From positions 186,001-250,000 of the forward strand of contig CAJNYD010000034.1 of NCBI GenBank assembly GCA_905331295.1: a stretch of DNA of 64,000 nucleotides. Direction: 5' to 3'. Positions 24,467 through 40,300 of this stretch are shown in pieces. This DNA is from Rotaria socialis (Eukaryota). The first letter of the stretch is position 1. Each line of letters opens with the position of its first letter. Made by a program: the position numbers and the translations under genes. The notes beneath the pieces are model-generated. The model ran no database searches. It worked only from the letters and a program-made list of their open reading frames with translations, and was not told where the DNA came from.

Positions 24467-26384
24467 TCGTCATTCTATGATATATATGGTCGAAATCGTT
24501 TAGATGTTTATGTGTGAATATGTAAAAGCAATATACTTTGCTAACATGTAAGTGAGTGTATGTTTGCGATAATTCATGACGTCGGAAAAAACTTGGAAAC
24601 AGCAAAAGAAAACAAGAAAGAAAAAGATCGGAGACGATGAATAAGGAGTAACCAGTGATGACTATAACTCAAACTCAAAAGAAAATGAACCATTGCTGAC
24701 GACGAAGAATGAAGGGTGTAAAAAAGTTTTCATTCCCTCAATGAATGTTCTCTTTTTTTTGTTTTGCACATAAATCCACACTAGTAGCAGTTATTATCTG
24801 CGGTCCACGCTCTAGACATCTAGACGTACTCAATAGTAGAACGTTACTTTTCTTCATATTGTTTCTGTAGGGGTCAAAGCAACATTGATAATCGTCTAGA
24901 TTTTGTTCAAAAAGTACTTTTTAAAGTATAAACTACATAAAAACTATTATGATCATATGTATGAGCATTGATTCTTATGAGTAGCTTTTATTTTTCTACG
25001 CCTCGTTCTTGTGTTTCTATCATTTGCTTACACCGTTGTGAATGGAACAAAGAAAAGAATTGAACGATTGGTTTTCCTCCTCCGCTGACTGTAAAATGCG
25101 GAATGAGCAAATAATATGAATGAATAATATGAAATAGAAAAGGTCTCTTCTAGTGGCTAAAGTGAGTCGATATATAATTGTCGTTTCTTTTTTTTCTGAA
25201 TCAAGTTACTCAGTGCTATTTATTCTCTCTTTAAATTCTATAAAACACACCTAATATGAGATTTGAATGTGGTAAATCAGAATTACTATATTAGCTTGCT
25301 CAATTTTTGATGTCAGGCAAAAATTTTTTATTAATTTTAAGCAATTGATAGATCAGGATGGCAGCAGAAACCGTAAATATTCTTGTTTGATTTTTATTTC
25401 TTTTTATTTATAAATTGTCGTTTAAATTGTCGTACTTTTTGTATTATGTTAATAATAATAATAATAATAAAAGCAAAGATTGCTTTATATAGTGCAACCG
25501 CTTTCATGATTTTTAAGATTATCTGTGTCTAAGTAACTATAATGTGATGCGATTGATAAAATGTGAAAATTATAGCAATGTGCAGCTCTAGACGCCCAGT
25601 GTATACAACGTGAATAATTGGCTTGATTAGTGGGAAATCATGTGAAAAAGAATATTACTTAAGGGAAAAAACATGTTTTACATCCTTTAATGAAAGAAAT
25701 AGCGGCATTATTTTCTCAACAGACTTACTGAGAATAGTATGTTTGTTTGTGTGCAATAAATAATTCCTTTTTTAAAAATATATTTAACGAGAAAAAAAAT
25801 GTATGCCATGCCAATTTCGTCTTGGTAATGTAATACAATTTTCTTAGCCAGCTTATAACTGAACAGGTGAGTCGTAGATTTAGGATGACAAATAAAAACA
25901 GATAAGTGATAATAGATTCTATTCACACCTTAGATAAAAAAAATATTAAAGACAACGCCATCGTTATTACATGCACGAGTGATTGTTATAATGCTACTAA
26001 CGACAAAGTTTGAAGATACACGTCTTATTGATTCTATTAACTTCCTCCCTTCTAACAGATTATTGTTTCTCTGCGTTTCTTTTTATTGGCAAGAAAAAAA
26101 TCTGTAATAATACCACAATGTTGAGTGCCAATATCGTTACACCCGTCAGCTAATATGTGATAAATAGATTTCACATCTTTCTTTCAGATTATAAACAGAA
26201 CTACATGCGTATAATTATTATTGATAGAGTAGTTTGCGACAATCAGATTGACATTGATCGACCGTGAATGAGATTGTAAGTATTTCGACATTCATATAAA
26301 ACATAATAACAAATACATATTTATCATGTATGCACATATATGTTATCTATTTAGATCTTTGTTTTCTTAGATATTTCGATCATA

Positions 26385-26717
26385 ATGCTTTTCTTTCGAC
26401 GTCGTGATACACTAACTCGGTCGAACTTGACCGATCAAGAACGATGCATACATGCATGTCTTTTCTTCTCATTTATCTTACTTATTCTTACGATTCTACT
26501 ATTTTATTTTGGTGCAACATCTAAAGGTATCGATGAGCCACGCCTTTATTATTATCTAGGAGCTGGTATTAGTCTTGGTTTTCTTATCTTAATGACAATA
26601 TGTACAATAATGTATATTCGACGATTTTATGGTGGTCCTGTATCTTCAACTCATCATCGAGGAATTACTTCGGAATCGGAACATGAGAGTTCAAAATATT
26701 CAAATAATGATTCATGA
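26385..26717 (+). CDS. Small two-transmembrane protein of unknown function (110 aa)
   Basis: Two hydrophobic helices (CIHACLFFSFILLILTILLFYFG; LYYYLGAGISLGFLILMTICTIMY), basic residues after TM2, and an upstream 5'UTR intron-like gtaag (26276)...ttag. Confidence 0.65.
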   Translation: MLFFRRRDTLTRSNLTDQERCIHACLFFSFILLILTILLFYFGATSKGIDEPRLYYYLGAGISLGFLILMTICTIMYIRRFYGGPVSSTHHRGITSESEHESSKYSNNDS

Positions 26718-29396
26718 TAACTCAACATTATTCAATTATTTTCAATTGGGATTTTGAACTTTCAAAAAAAAGCATATTACAACCAAAATTTTAATATATT
26801 TATCTAGGTTGGATAAAGCAAAACAAAAAAAAATAGAACAAACTATTTTGCATTTTAATTTCATTATTATAATTAAGTAGACAGCATTTTTTTCTACAAG
26901 AAAAAAATATTTATTTATATAAATTTAATCGTATTTCTTTAACAAAGCGCAGAAGACATTTGATGAACTTTTCTATATTTATGCACACATATATGTATGT
27001 AAATGTTGGCTAGTTGATATAAACCATTCTTGGAACGAACCAAATTGTGTCAATTTATAAACAGACTTTTTTTCTATTGTCTGAATGTTTTTCTTAATAT
27101 TTCTGTCGCTGGCAGCTATGACTAATGGATGTTGAATCAATAGAAATATATGAAAATAGACTGAAACAAACAAAGACTTATTGTTACATTTGCGTGCTCT
27201 TCATCATATTGTTTTTACTCATCTAGGAAAAGTCATACTTTATTTGTGGCATCAAGATCAGAGACAACTTTCATAGTATCCTGTGTTCACATTAGATTTG
27301 ATTCTCCTCTAATTTGATATCAATCGTTCAAGTTCGATAGGGCGTTTCAAATTGGATTTTTCAAGATTGCAAGATTGTGATCTTATATCATAATTTTCAT
27401 CAAAGAAGGAAAGTCTATAAACTACATGCAAGATGCCTATTTTCTTATTTACTGATAAGATTTTCCCTCGTAGCCAGAATATCTATTCTTTTTTCCTTCT
27501 GATGATCTTCGCCTGAAGTGAAAGCAGTTAATAATAGCAAGTAAATATGTATACATAATAATGATAAATAAACAGACAACATCAATAGAGCAAAAGAGCC
27601 AAAATCAATGTCAGATTGATAAAGATAAATTAACTCTTGCTCATCATATTCAAGATATTGTACGAAATTTCACAAATTTTCTGACTATGAAGACATCAAA
27701 TCATATTCGAAATATTCAGTATTTGGCTAATAATTCTCAAGTTTTTCATTTTATTGTAACTAAATAAGAACATTTAAAATAACATCATGATTTGAATTCC
27801 AACATATTATTCACCATGAAAACACAACTAATAGTGTCGGAAGAATTCACATCTTTTGTTGTTTGTGAACAGAAAAATAGTAAAAGTCCATTGTAACCTA
27901 TTCGAAAAGAATTATCTAAATGGGAAAAAAAACAAAAGAAGATGATCCTAATAAAAATCATGTCTAACAATCAATCAACAAATAATTTGACATAATATTC
28001 ATTCATATTTTTGTCTTTCATAGAAGTCTGCGGATTTCAAATCTCATTCAAAATTTCTACTTAGCGATAATAAATTATTGACTTTTACGAGGTTGATAAA
28101 TTCATGATGGACGCAAAGCTCACTATACCGCCAAATTACTCAAAGCAAAAACCAACATGCTTTTAAATATTTCTCTATAGAATAGCATACGAATGATTAA
28201 TTTGACAGAAGTCATTTATCAATGGTGACTGTTTTAGTGAAGAGGATGCCAAATTAATGTTCTCGGTTTCTATAGAACATTGAGTCGCATTGCATGTTAG
28301 GTCATTTTTTCTGAAATTGTTTTTCTATTTTATCGCTTGGCAGAATAATTGCTTGCTGTGACTTTTATAGGAAAAACTTAGTAAAATAACGCATTTAGGG
28401 AAAGGAGATTCTTGCTGCAAGAGAAACGTTAATTTTCTCTGTTGAAACTTAGTTTTGCCGCCACTGAAAATTCACGAGATAATGCTTAAATAAAAACGTG
28501 TAGAGGAATATTAAAAACTATGTTCAACAGTTTAAGATGTTGAAAACCAATTGTAAATATTTTGTCCAATTACTTTCTAATCATGCGTTAAATAAATTGA
28601 ATACTAATAATATCAAAGACATTTTTCATCAGACAAACAAATAGCAAAAAAGATTCTACAAAAAAAGATTCATTTCAACGGATGTTGTCTATATCTACTT
28701 CTCAGTTTTGTGGTTAATATTTTAGTTTGATACGTTTCTGTGCATTCACATATGTTACAAAGTTCTATTTATTTTTTTATTATACATACTCGTAGAGTAA
28801 AGAATGCATGAGACTTGGTTCAAATTAAATTCTATTCATTTTTGAACTAACTTTGACTTTAATCGACCATAGTTATATACCTCAATGACTATCACCTGCT
28901 AAGGTTGTTAGTATAATTTTTACGTCTATGTAACGATAGGAGCGACCTCTCTCGAGAAGTTTTGGATTCGAGTAGAATTTTCATCGACAATCATTTACCA
29001 CGTTTGGCCTTAATGGATGTTTTATATTTATCATTATTTTTTTTTCTTATACAGTAAGCTATTTAAGAACTGATGATTAATATTTTATACAATATATCTT
29101 TTGCAAATATGTAGGTGAGCTGAGCAAGATTTCTTTTGTTGTCGATGGTTGGGAACGATTTTCAGATGTATTTTATCGTAAACATATGAACAGATAAGGA
29201 TACATGCAATTGAAATTCTTCAGTCTAAATACATAAGCTATCAGTTATTTTGTTTTATATAGAAAAAAATTTACAATCAGATAAGATATAGTAAAAAGTC
29301 TAGTAAAATACAAAACGTATATATATATATATTATTAACTTGAGAAGAAAAAGTTTCGTTAATCTTCTTCTCTTAACTAAACAAAATAATATTTAA

Positions 29397-29843
29397 TTAA
29401 ATATTTTGATGAAGTATTGAAGAAATAATTTTTTTATCATGTTCATTCGTTGATAATCGTTTTAGAAAATTATTTTCATTTAAATTTGAATTAGTTTTCT
29501 CTTCTATTTGTGTTCTATTCCAATTATTAATCCAAATATTACGAAATATAGACACCAGACGACCGGTTTCATTTGATTTTGTTGTTAATTTTGAACAAAA
29601 TGTTTCCCATCGTTGAGTAGGCTCAATTGGCGCTTGAGATGGATCAGCCTTTTTCCAAGGGCCTACTATACCGTAATCATTTGGTTTTGTATAATTTTCT
29701 TTATTAGTTTTTGATAATGAATTTTTTAAACGTGTTTCAAATAAATCCCAATGACGATCACCGACGCGTTGTAGAATATTTTCACTTAATTCGATTTTTA
29801 ATGCTAAATGTTGACGATTTGCAGATGAATTTGAGCTTGACAT
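29397..29843 (-). CDS. Uncharacterised 148-aa protein
   Basis: Long ATG-initiated ORF in very AT-rich DNA with a splice acceptor just upstream; no recognised domain. Confidence 0.55.
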   Translation of the reverse strand: MSSSNSSANRQHLALKIELSENILQRVGDRHWDLFETRLKNSLSKTNKENYTKPNDYGIVGPWKKADPSQAPIEPTQRWETFCSKLTTKSNETGRLVSIFRNIWINNWNRTQIEEKTNSNLNENNFLKRLSTNEHDKKIISSILHQNI

Positions 29844-30610
29844 TATTTAACTAAAAGAAATAAGTTTCAAATATTGAAGATTTTTATGGTTTTCAAAATC
29901 ACAAGATATGTTTCTTTTTTTTCTGCTCTTGTTCAACCTTGAGTATATATACTGAAAAAGGCATGGTAAAACGGCATTTTTTTTTGTCTTTATTAGACAT
30001 ACGAAGCCAGACAACTTACTTGATACAGACAGAAAATGATTCTGTATACTTTCGTTATTCTTCTCTGTCTCATCTTGTTTTTTTCCTGCTCGTGGATGTT
30101 TTTCGTGTAGAACTATTCATTCAAATAGAATTGACGAACGGAGAAGAATAATAAAGAGAAGAGAAGCACATCGTATATGATAGATATCAATGAGATAAGT
30201 TTCATTTACACGAATAGATACTTATTCACAATAAAGAATACAAAATCTCGTAACGGTTCATTTTAGTTTTATAAAAACGAAATAAATTATGTGAACTAAC
30301 CTTGAATACATCCAATTTGTGATGGTGTTTACTATCTTTGCCGTTAAAATTATTATGAATGGCACACGTCGCTACTCTTTCTCTCTCTCTCTCTTGTTTC
30401 TTGTCTCTTGTGCAATGGACTCAATCAAAGGAAGCAAGCAAGCAATCAAAATAAAAATCAACAAGAAGAAAAAGTAGCACAGAAAGAAAGAATGACTGTT
30501 AACTAAATATGCTATTTCTTTACAATTTGCTCAATCATGCATAGCGTAGTTTTAATGATTTGAAAGACGAAACCATTAAACAAAATGATGTATAAGAAAA
30601 TATTTTCTAG

Positions 30611-32370
30611 ATGGCTATCATATGCACAGTATTCTTCTTAATTGTCTACTGCTCATTAGTTTATGGTGGATGCCATATTAATCAAGATAAATCAACGAAA
30701 AACGTTTATGACAATATGAAGAAATGGAAAATCTTTGGAAACACGTAAATATTTTATTTCTTATTTAATTATCATTGATTCAATTGTTTTTATTTAGTTT
30801 AACAGTGTTTAGTAGTGAATCAACGTTTTCTGTTGGAATATGTTCATCGCCTTTTAACGCAACTGATGTAGCAGCTATTATTCAAAAAGAAAGTAATGTT
30901 TCTTATGTTCTCGGAAAACTAGATCAAGTCAATCTTATTCAAGGAGGTTAATAGAAATTCTTGTTGATTGTTGTTTGTACTAAAAGCAAAAAAAAGAATT
31001 TCTTTTTAGATAAATGGATCCTTTTAACTTATGAAAATGGTGATGAATACGATGCCATTTGTAATAATTTAACACGATCAGCTTCGATTATGTTTGTTTG
31101 TGGATCAAATATGGTTAGTAAGATCTAAAGTCTCTCTTTCATAATTGCATTCAAAGAGAAACAAAAATTACTTCTGTTAGAGATTGTAAATATCCGACAA
31201 GACTCTTCAGTGTTTTATATCTAGTTTATTGGCACAATTCATTCATTCATGTCGAATCTATGAGAGAATTCTTCCAAACGATAAATTGTCGTTGAATCAA
31301 GACTACGTGAAATATACACACATACACTGTAGTTTAGTAAAATTTCTCATAAATAAATGCCATGAAACTTTATCAGAAAATTAATTTTCTCATTTCCAAG
31401 TCAAACTTACATAGTAACAACATTTAGTAAGAACAACAGCTTTTTTGTGAATATTTCAGATTGCTTCACTTCTATTACATTACTTTACAAATATGATAAT
31501 CCTTTGACATGCAGTGCCTTATTTACTGTTTTTGAGTAAGTAGCTAGGCAAACAAAGCACTTGATTTAAACTATTGCTAAAAATTGTTCTCATTGAGACT
31601 TTTCTTTTGTATTAATTTTTACATCGAAACTTATTCTTTCTAGATGTTTCACAAGGGTAATACGAAATCTATTTTCTTTAAGAAATATCATAAAAGTGAA
31701 GTATTTTCATAATGTTAAACTGAAGATACGAAATCTTTTTTATAATATTTATAGCTGATTTAAGTCGTGCTTTAGTAAGAAGACGCTCCTCATCAGTGTC
31801 AAGCTTTCAGAAGTTCTAATATCAATTATTTTCCCGTCAAAGAATTTGTTTGAGATGAAAGTTCCTCTAAATTTTGCAATATGTATATATAAAAACAAGC
31901 ATACTCTTTACTTAATGTGGGTCACATATTTCTCTAGGTTGGTCTTACAATTCTCCAAGCACATACAACATCTAATCAACAGTGCAACTATATGTTTCAA
32001 TTGCAAGTTCCAGAGATGTGCCCAATTGTAGAGAAAGATGATAAATTAAGTGGCGGTGCCATCTTTCTTATTGTGTGAGTGACCATATATTGAAAGTTTT
32101 TTATTTAATAAATCATCTATTTCTATGTTGTTTAGTATCGGTAGTTTAGCAGCTGCCTATTTAATTCTGGGAGCTGTGTATATGCACGTGAAACATGGAG
32201 CCCGTGGTATTGAACATATTCCCAATTTAGAAATGTGGCGTAAAATGGGTGGTTTAGCTGCTGATGGGTGTGATTTTTGTTGCCGTTGTGAAAGGACTTC
32301 ACCACGGGCTGGATATTTTTTTGATGAATCGGGACTGGACGCACATGATGATGATATTCTTTCTCCATGA
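30611..32370 (+). CDS. M6PR: Cation-dependent mannose-6-phosphate receptor-like protein; multi-exon
   Basis: Signal peptide MAIICTVFFLIVYCSLVYG, MRH domain (FSVGIC, WILLTYENGDEYDAIC...RSASIMFVC, CNYMFQL...C), TM LSGGAIFLIV, tail GARGIEHIPNLEMW..GGLAADGCDFCCR and acidic C-terminus DDDILSP. Confidence 0.88.
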
Positions 32371-32647
32371 TAGTAATCTAAAAAAAATCCAACATTTAAA
32401 GAATCTCTAATTATTAAACTGACATTTTTTCGAAAACAAAATATTTGTGATCTTCTTTCCTTACTCTTAGTTAATCTCCTGTCTTTCATTTTTATTTTAT
32501 TTTATTAATATTTTTTGTGTTTTCATTCTCATGCTTTATGTATTGGCAACTGCAACATGAATTCAATAACAAAATAAATCAAACAATTTGACAATTCATT
32601 TTAAATGTTTTCCATCAACAATTTTATTTCTTTTTTAAATTTTAGCT

Positions 32648-34128
32648 ATGCAAGACAATCAAACTTTACAATCGATTCGTTATCAACGTGGTTTATTATC
32701 AATTTTGGATCAATTAAAATTACCAGACGAATCTATCTATATTCCTATTCATTCAGTCGATGATGCATGGAAAGCTATTCATACAATGTCAATTCGAGGT
32801 ATATATTGAATGGAGAGAATTAGAAAAATTCAACGCTCAGCCTTATCGAGATATCAGCGAAAATTGATCGATATTTATGCACTATCAATAGTATGAAGAT
32901 GCTGATTTCAAGAGAAATAAAACAAGTTATCTCTAGTTTCATCGAGTACATCTTTTTTTACTTATGATTAGTTATTTTTAGAAAACAACTTCAGAGTTTA
33001 CTAGAAATATTTTTTTGTTAGGTTTACTTTGTTTGAATATAATGAGTCTAGAGAATCTGATACATAGAAAATACAAGAAGAAACTTTTTAACTAATATTA
33101 TATTTTTTTCCAGGTGCTCCTGCAATAGCTGTATGTGGTGTATTAAGTCTTGCTGTTGAATTACATCATTCTCGATCTAAATTTGAATCTATTGCAGCTG
33201 TTCAACATTTTGTTACTGATCAATTGAATTATTTATCAACTGCTCGGCCAACCGCAGTAAATATGGCTGAAGCTGCCGCGACTATTATTGATTATTTAAT
33301 TCCATTGAGTAATAAACAAGTAGACTTATTGTTATATATTGATGATCTACTCGATTTCATGGAAAAATTTCTCGAACATGATCTTGCTGATAATCGATCA
33401 ATCGGTCGTTACGGCGCTGAAACTATTCGTAACAATAATCCGACCCCAAAACAATTAACTGTTTTAACTCATTGCAATACTGGTTCATTGGCAACTGTTG
33501 GCTTTGGTACAGCTCTTGGTGTTGTTCGGCAATTAGCAGCAAATAATGATCTTAAATTAGTATATTTTACTGAAACTCGACCATATAATCAAGGTTCAAG
33601 ATTAACGGCTTATGAATTAGTACACGATCGTATACCACATTCCATGATATGTGATTCAATGGCCGGTCTTTTGATGCGAACACAACCTATTCATGCAGTT
33701 GTTGTTGGTGCTGATTGTGTAACAGCAAATGGTGATACAGCTAATAAAATTGGTACTTATCAATTGGCTATACTTGCTAAATATCATCATATACCATTTT
33801 ATATTGCTGCACCAACAACATCTATTGATTTAGATAAAAAAACAGGGGCTGAAATTGTTATTGAACAACGTCCATCAAGAGAAATGACAACTATCAAAGG
33901 AATAAATATTGCTGCAGAAGGTAAAATATTGCTGAATACTCTTTTATCACTATGAAGTTTTCTGTTATTGTTTTTACTGTTATCTTCTTAGGTGTTCAAG
34001 TTTGGAATCCAGCATTTGATGTAACACCGGCAGCTTTGATAACTAGTATTATAACAGAACATGGCGTTTTTAAACCTGATGAACTGGAAGAAAAATTATT
34101 ATCTCTACAAAAAAATGTTTCAACATGA
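32648..34128 (+). CDS. MRI1: Methylthioribose-1-phosphate isomerase; 3 exons
   Basis: [84 protein letters not shown]. Confidence 0.96.
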
Positions 34129-34250
34129 GCACTTAAATATTTTCTAATTTTGTTTTGCCAGCTTTCGATATGTTGTTATCAGAATAAAAGTGACTAAACA
34201 GTGATTATAAATTGTTTCAGATCTATTAAAAAAAAACTAAATAAAGTATT

Positions 34251-35476
<1,226 letters not shown>

Positions 35477-36719
35477 TTTACCATGTTTTTGTTACTTTTG
35501 TTGACAATAAAAAAAAGACAATTCTGCTAAATTATCGAAATTTAGTCAAAAACAAAAATAGAAAAACTGTAGCCATTTTCAAAACTAGAATCAACCCGGC
35601 AGAATTAGCATCGATTCAACTATGAAATAGTTTATATAGGTAACGATGAACTGGTAACTATAAATTGATAGATATTTGAATTACAAACAGTTATTTTATT
35701 TTCGGTATGATAGCTGAGTGTTTAGTTTTCGTTTTTGTTTTTGCCTAATATGAGATCAATAGTGCTGATGCTGATTCAAAATTATTTAAACAGAGATATG
35801 GTGTTAGTTTTTTTGACTGTGCCTTATTTCTAATAAAATTTTTAGTGTGAAAATTTTTTTGTTTAGAAATATATGTTTAGAGAAAAATAATTTGGAAGAA
35901 ATCGTTTTTCATATTAATCACTACAAACGACTCGAAAATGAGTAGAGTTGTCATGAAAAATGTACCTGTCACTACTGTCATCAATATTGCAATTGTGTTG
36001 TTCTGTCTCTTAGTATAAGAACAAATATTTGTTGATACATTTTATTTTCTATTAATAGATAACAAAAAATTGATATAGAAATCTTTTGAATAGATTTTCA
36101 ATCAAGTTAAATGAAACAAATTTGAATAACTATGTACTCCAGAATATATTATCACACCCTCGTATGAATAGCATATTGATTGTTTATTTCTCTATGATAA
36201 AATTGGTAAATGTGAACTGTAAGGTCAACTAATCGCTTGATACATGCTCAAAAATAAAAGAATAAAACGCAATAGAACAAGTGAAACTCAACTACAGCGT
36301 TCATGAAAAGATATTTCATTTATTAAAATAATATTTTATATAAAGATGAATAGACTCGATCGTTTCGATATATCCTAACAAAAAAACTGGTATACACTGC
36401 AAGTGCGAGTCTCGTTCTTTGAATTTCAAGATTGTTATTTCAAAATTCACTTGTTAAAACTTGTTAAATATGTCTTTCTTCATATTATATAGTAAATTGC
36501 ATTAATTTCATATAGTTTGGGACGAAGAGAAAAATCAAAAGCTTTTGTAAAGATTTCACCGTAGATGAATAGAAGAAAAATAATGAGATCGAATTTCATA
36601 TTGAATATTTTCGATCGACGAAATAATATATTTAAGAAACAAAAGAAGAACATTGATAGACATTTTGTTTTTTCTTATAAATATATACAGAAATTGTTAT
36701 TAATAAATTTTGATATGTT

Positions 36720-36998
36720 TCAAGGTCGACTATTTCGATCACATTCAAGTTGACATTCTCGAACCAGAACACGAGCTGATGCAATCGCACGCCGTAAACG
36801 TTCAGCTGAATTTTTATTGCCCGCATATGTTGGTTTAATATCTTTACCCATTTCTTCAATAACATTAAGTAATTGAACATACTTCGTTTGTTGCATAACA
36901 CGTTGTTGAACAGCAGGCGGAATTAGAACATATGGCTGAGATTGTTGTTTTATCCGCTGTTCCGGCTTACGAATTGATAAATCCATGGTTAAATCCAT
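36720..36998 (-). CDS. CDK2AP1: CDK2-associated protein 1/2 (DOC-1)-like, short copy (92 aa)
   Basis: [47 protein letters not shown] is the conserved CDK2AP domain. Confidence 0.85.
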   Translation of the reverse strand: MDLTMDLSIRKPEQRIKQQSQPYVLIPPAVQQRVMQQTKYVQLLNVIEEMGKDIKPTYAGNKNSAERLRRAIASARVLVRECQLECDRNSRP

Positions 36999-37177
36999 TC
37001 TGTTTTTGTAGTAAACAAAAAGAAAAATAATAAGTAGCCTATAGTCTAGACAGAAAGAAAAACAACAACTTATAAATAATACTAATAAAAAACATATTTG
37101 AGCCTATCAGATATGAAGAATAGAAATAGATTATAAATGTATTAATGAAAGAGTGAAAGAATTATGGGTACTGCTCT

Positions 37178-37712
37178 CAGCAGTGCTTCCAACAGAAATC
37201 TAAAACAAAGTATACTGTACACTTTGTTTTTCTGAGCACAAATGCACACTGCTACTCAGTGTTTCCAATAACAAGCGTAAACAACAGAAGCAAAATGTAC
37301 AGAACATCCCAGATTAATGATTCTGGAGAACGGATATTGCGGGAGCCGGCAGGAAAATGCGGGAAAACCATCGTATCCTGCATGAAAGCACAGGAAATCG
37401 TTGTAAACTACAATGTACACTTTGGTAAAACATTTTACACTTTGATTTCTGAGCCTTAAAAACTGTACGTAATATTAAACTATGCATTATCTTTAAATGA
37501 TGGTAAAGTGTGATATCCTGGGTTCAATTCTATGATGGACTGAATAGAGAAAAAATTAACAATTTATTTAGCTTTTTAGATTGTGAAAAGTTAGGTTTTT
37601 GTACACTTTGGCACATTTTATTGACGAAAACAAAATGTACAGGTACACTTTGCTCATATAATACAGAGGGTACAGTACATTTTGCTTTAGATTTCCATGG
37701 GAAACGCTGCTG
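37178..37712. mobile_element. MITE with ~45-bp imperfect TIRs, containing a truncated CCCAG-family fragment (37308-~37400)
   Basis: cagcagtgcttccaacagaaatctaaaacaaagtatactgtac pairs with gtacagtacattttgctttagatttccatgggaaacgctgctg. The inner fragment aligns with the reverse complement of the right end of the 15666-15916 element. No clean TSD seen. Confidence 0.65.
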
Positions 37713-38083
37713 CTGCGGTTATATTGAAACTGAAAACTGATGTCAATCGCTTGGTTTACTTTCGAAAATCAACCAATAGAAAAATTATTAAAGTGCATTA
37801 ATAAACTTCACGTTACGCATTCGATGCGCGAACTCCGCACGGCAGCGGTGCGTATACCAATTTTCCGTGCCTCATGCGTACCGATAGCATCCCTAATCCA
37901 CTCTCCCCCGACGACTCCCCGGGGAGTCCCCACAAAAGAACGAAATCCCTAGGGACTCCCTGGGGATTCTTCTAGGGAGAGTTGACTAGGGTTTTCTATC
38001 TTTCAGATATAAAATTTAAGCCCTCACATTTTAACACGTAAGAAATGACTTGAAGTGTATTGAGCGTCATCACTGTTGAAGAT

Positions 38084-39740
38084 CCCAGGTCGACTAATCC
38101 GACAACGAATTCTATCGGATCCTATAACATCCTACTAACCGCTGAAATTCAATTGGATTCTGGGTTTCAGAATTATTGACGGACCCGACAGGAGAATCTT
38201 AAAAAAATTATCAAAATTCTATTTAGTGCAAAAATGATTTTTAGAGGTTGACTGTAGCAGATTTTTTTGACGTATCGGATAGTAGCGTAACCAGAAATTC
38301 TCTAGTGGTAGGGCGCCGCCCTATCACCTTTAAAAAGCCCATCCACACTATAACTCAGATTTTTTTCGGCGACCAAAACCAGATCCTCAATTTCTACTTT
38401 CTCAAAAAAGGATTACTCAATGTATCTATACTGCTATATTAAGTGAATTTATGAGAACAATAAAGAGAAAAGATGAAAAACAAATACATAAATAAATAGC
38501 AGTTATTTCAACAATACTCGACTGTTTTGTGCTGAATGGCGAAAGCACCAATTATTTTTTCATTATTAACAACAAAATCTCTTTCATAGCCAATAAAGAC
38601 AAATCATTTAGTGTATCGTCCGACATACGAGTACGTACACTAGTTTTGATTAATTTCATCTACTGAATGTTCGCTCTGTTGTGGTTAAACACACGGGCAT
38701 AGTCAAAGCACCGATAGCAAGATATATAATCGTGGGGAATGCTTGTTCTAATGGTAAAAATTCAAAAAATAAATCAACTACATCTTCTGATTTTGATTGT
38801 TTGAACATAGGCTTTAATACTTGAATTTCATTAGACAATGATACAATATCACATTGTAACATAATGCATTTATCTGTTAATTCTTCCGCCTTTAAAAATG
38901 TTGAGCTATCGGATGATAGAGATGAGATACCACAAAGAATTTTCATATTACTTTTTGAAAAGCGATCGTTCATTTTTAGGGGTATAACAGTTCTCAGATC
39001 TAAGAGCTGTTAGGATCTACACTGGGATGGTGTCTATATTGAAATATGCGTCTCTTATGAGATCTATTCGAATAGCTCTATTGATTGGAACTAAAACTGA
39101 ACTGTCATACCTCTACTCATTTCAACAAGGATAGAATCAATTATCGGATAGAAAACAAAATCCGTATATTTCCTCACATTGTCCTATTTTACTGGTAACT
39201 AAACAATTTAAAAATCTTGTTGAAATTGTTCTTTGTTTAACTTTAACACTAAGATCAATATTATTTTCAACATAAAATTCAGTTATTTGCCCAAGTAGCC
39301 TAGAAAATTCTTCTTCACTTCGAAGTTCATTCATTTGATTAATAACAGTACTAGTCAAGGTATGCGCTTTGCCAAAATCAACGAATTTAGCTAGAATAAT
39401 TGTAAAAAAAACGAATACCGCTCTCGAACAGGCATTTCTAACATTGTAATTAACAGTAAATAAAAAACAGAAATCTTAAAAATTTTCATATTTTTTCGGG
39501 GTGGTAGGGCAAAGATTAGCAATGGTAGGGCAGTGCCCTACCATGCTCACCCCTGGTTGCGCCACTAGTATCGGATCCAAGAGTAGGATACAATCGGATA
39601 TGTATCGGATTCCGATCCTATGGATCCGAATCTCGGTGCGAAATCCGGAATCTGTCGATTCTAGTGGGTTCTCATACAAGATCCGAGGTAACCCGTTTTC
39701 AGATCCGATTGGATCCAGTTGTAGGAATGAACGACCTGGG
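38084..39740. mobile_element. CCCAGG-terminus non-autonomous element (CMC/EnSpm-like) hosting a hAT insertion
   Basis: CCCAGGTCG...CGACCTGGG termini, 2-bp TSD AT, atcc/ggat-rich subterminal repeats. Confidence 0.85.
38280..39567 (-). mobile_element. Internally deleted hAT transposon with transposase remnants
   Basis: TIR TAGTAGCGTAACCAG / CTGGTTGCGCCACTA; exact 8-bp TSD GTATCGGA. Minus-strand fragments MNDRFS and AFPTI...ALTMPVCLTTTERTFS resemble the hAT C-terminal dimerisation domain. Confidence 0.9.
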
Positions 39741-40023
39741 ATATTGAAGTAAGAAATCATAAAATAGATAGAAATAATTTTTTTTTAGAACAAGGCAGAA
39801 AAAGATCAACAGATGCACCTGAATTCATTAAAAGAGGAAAACGAAGAATTAAAAGTCAGGTTAAAAGAATCCAATGTGCAAGTGGAAAAGCTTAATGCCT
39901 TAGTCTCGAAGTAGATGAAGGACATGAAAAAATACGTGACGAAAATGAATAAAGAAATGGAAGAGCTCAACGAACAATTGAAGAAGGCTCGTGACAATGG
40001 GATTATTCAAGATGGTTCATCCA

Positions 40024-40300
40024 CCCAGATCGATCAACTTGTGTCGTACACGGCCGTTTGGTATGCACCCGTAATACGGTCGTTTTGTATCGTGCCATAA
40101 ACGATCGGATACGGTCGGATACGGAAATATCCGACCACATTACGGTCGTTAGTAACCGTTTACGACATGATCAGTTACGGCCGTAATACGGTGCATACCA
40201 AAACGTCAAGTTACGGCCATTTACGATGAGAAACGGCAGTATACGTTAACGTTTACGGTAGTATACGACCGTTTCTGGTAGCCGTAATGCTCGACCTGGG
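40024..40300. mobile_element. CCCAG-terminus MITE with tacgg/ccgta subterminal repeats
   Basis: CCCAGATCGA...TCGACCTGGG termini, 2-bp TSD CA. Confidence 0.85.

Noticed and set aside
37820..37990. GC-rich palindromic patch as an ncRNA or tRNA
   Set aside because: No cloverleaf or recognisable RNA motif; it lies within a transposon cluster and is more likely subterminal repeat debris.
39476..39760. ORFs of 83-94 aa on both strands
   Set aside because: They span transposon termini and subterminal repeats and have no protein features.
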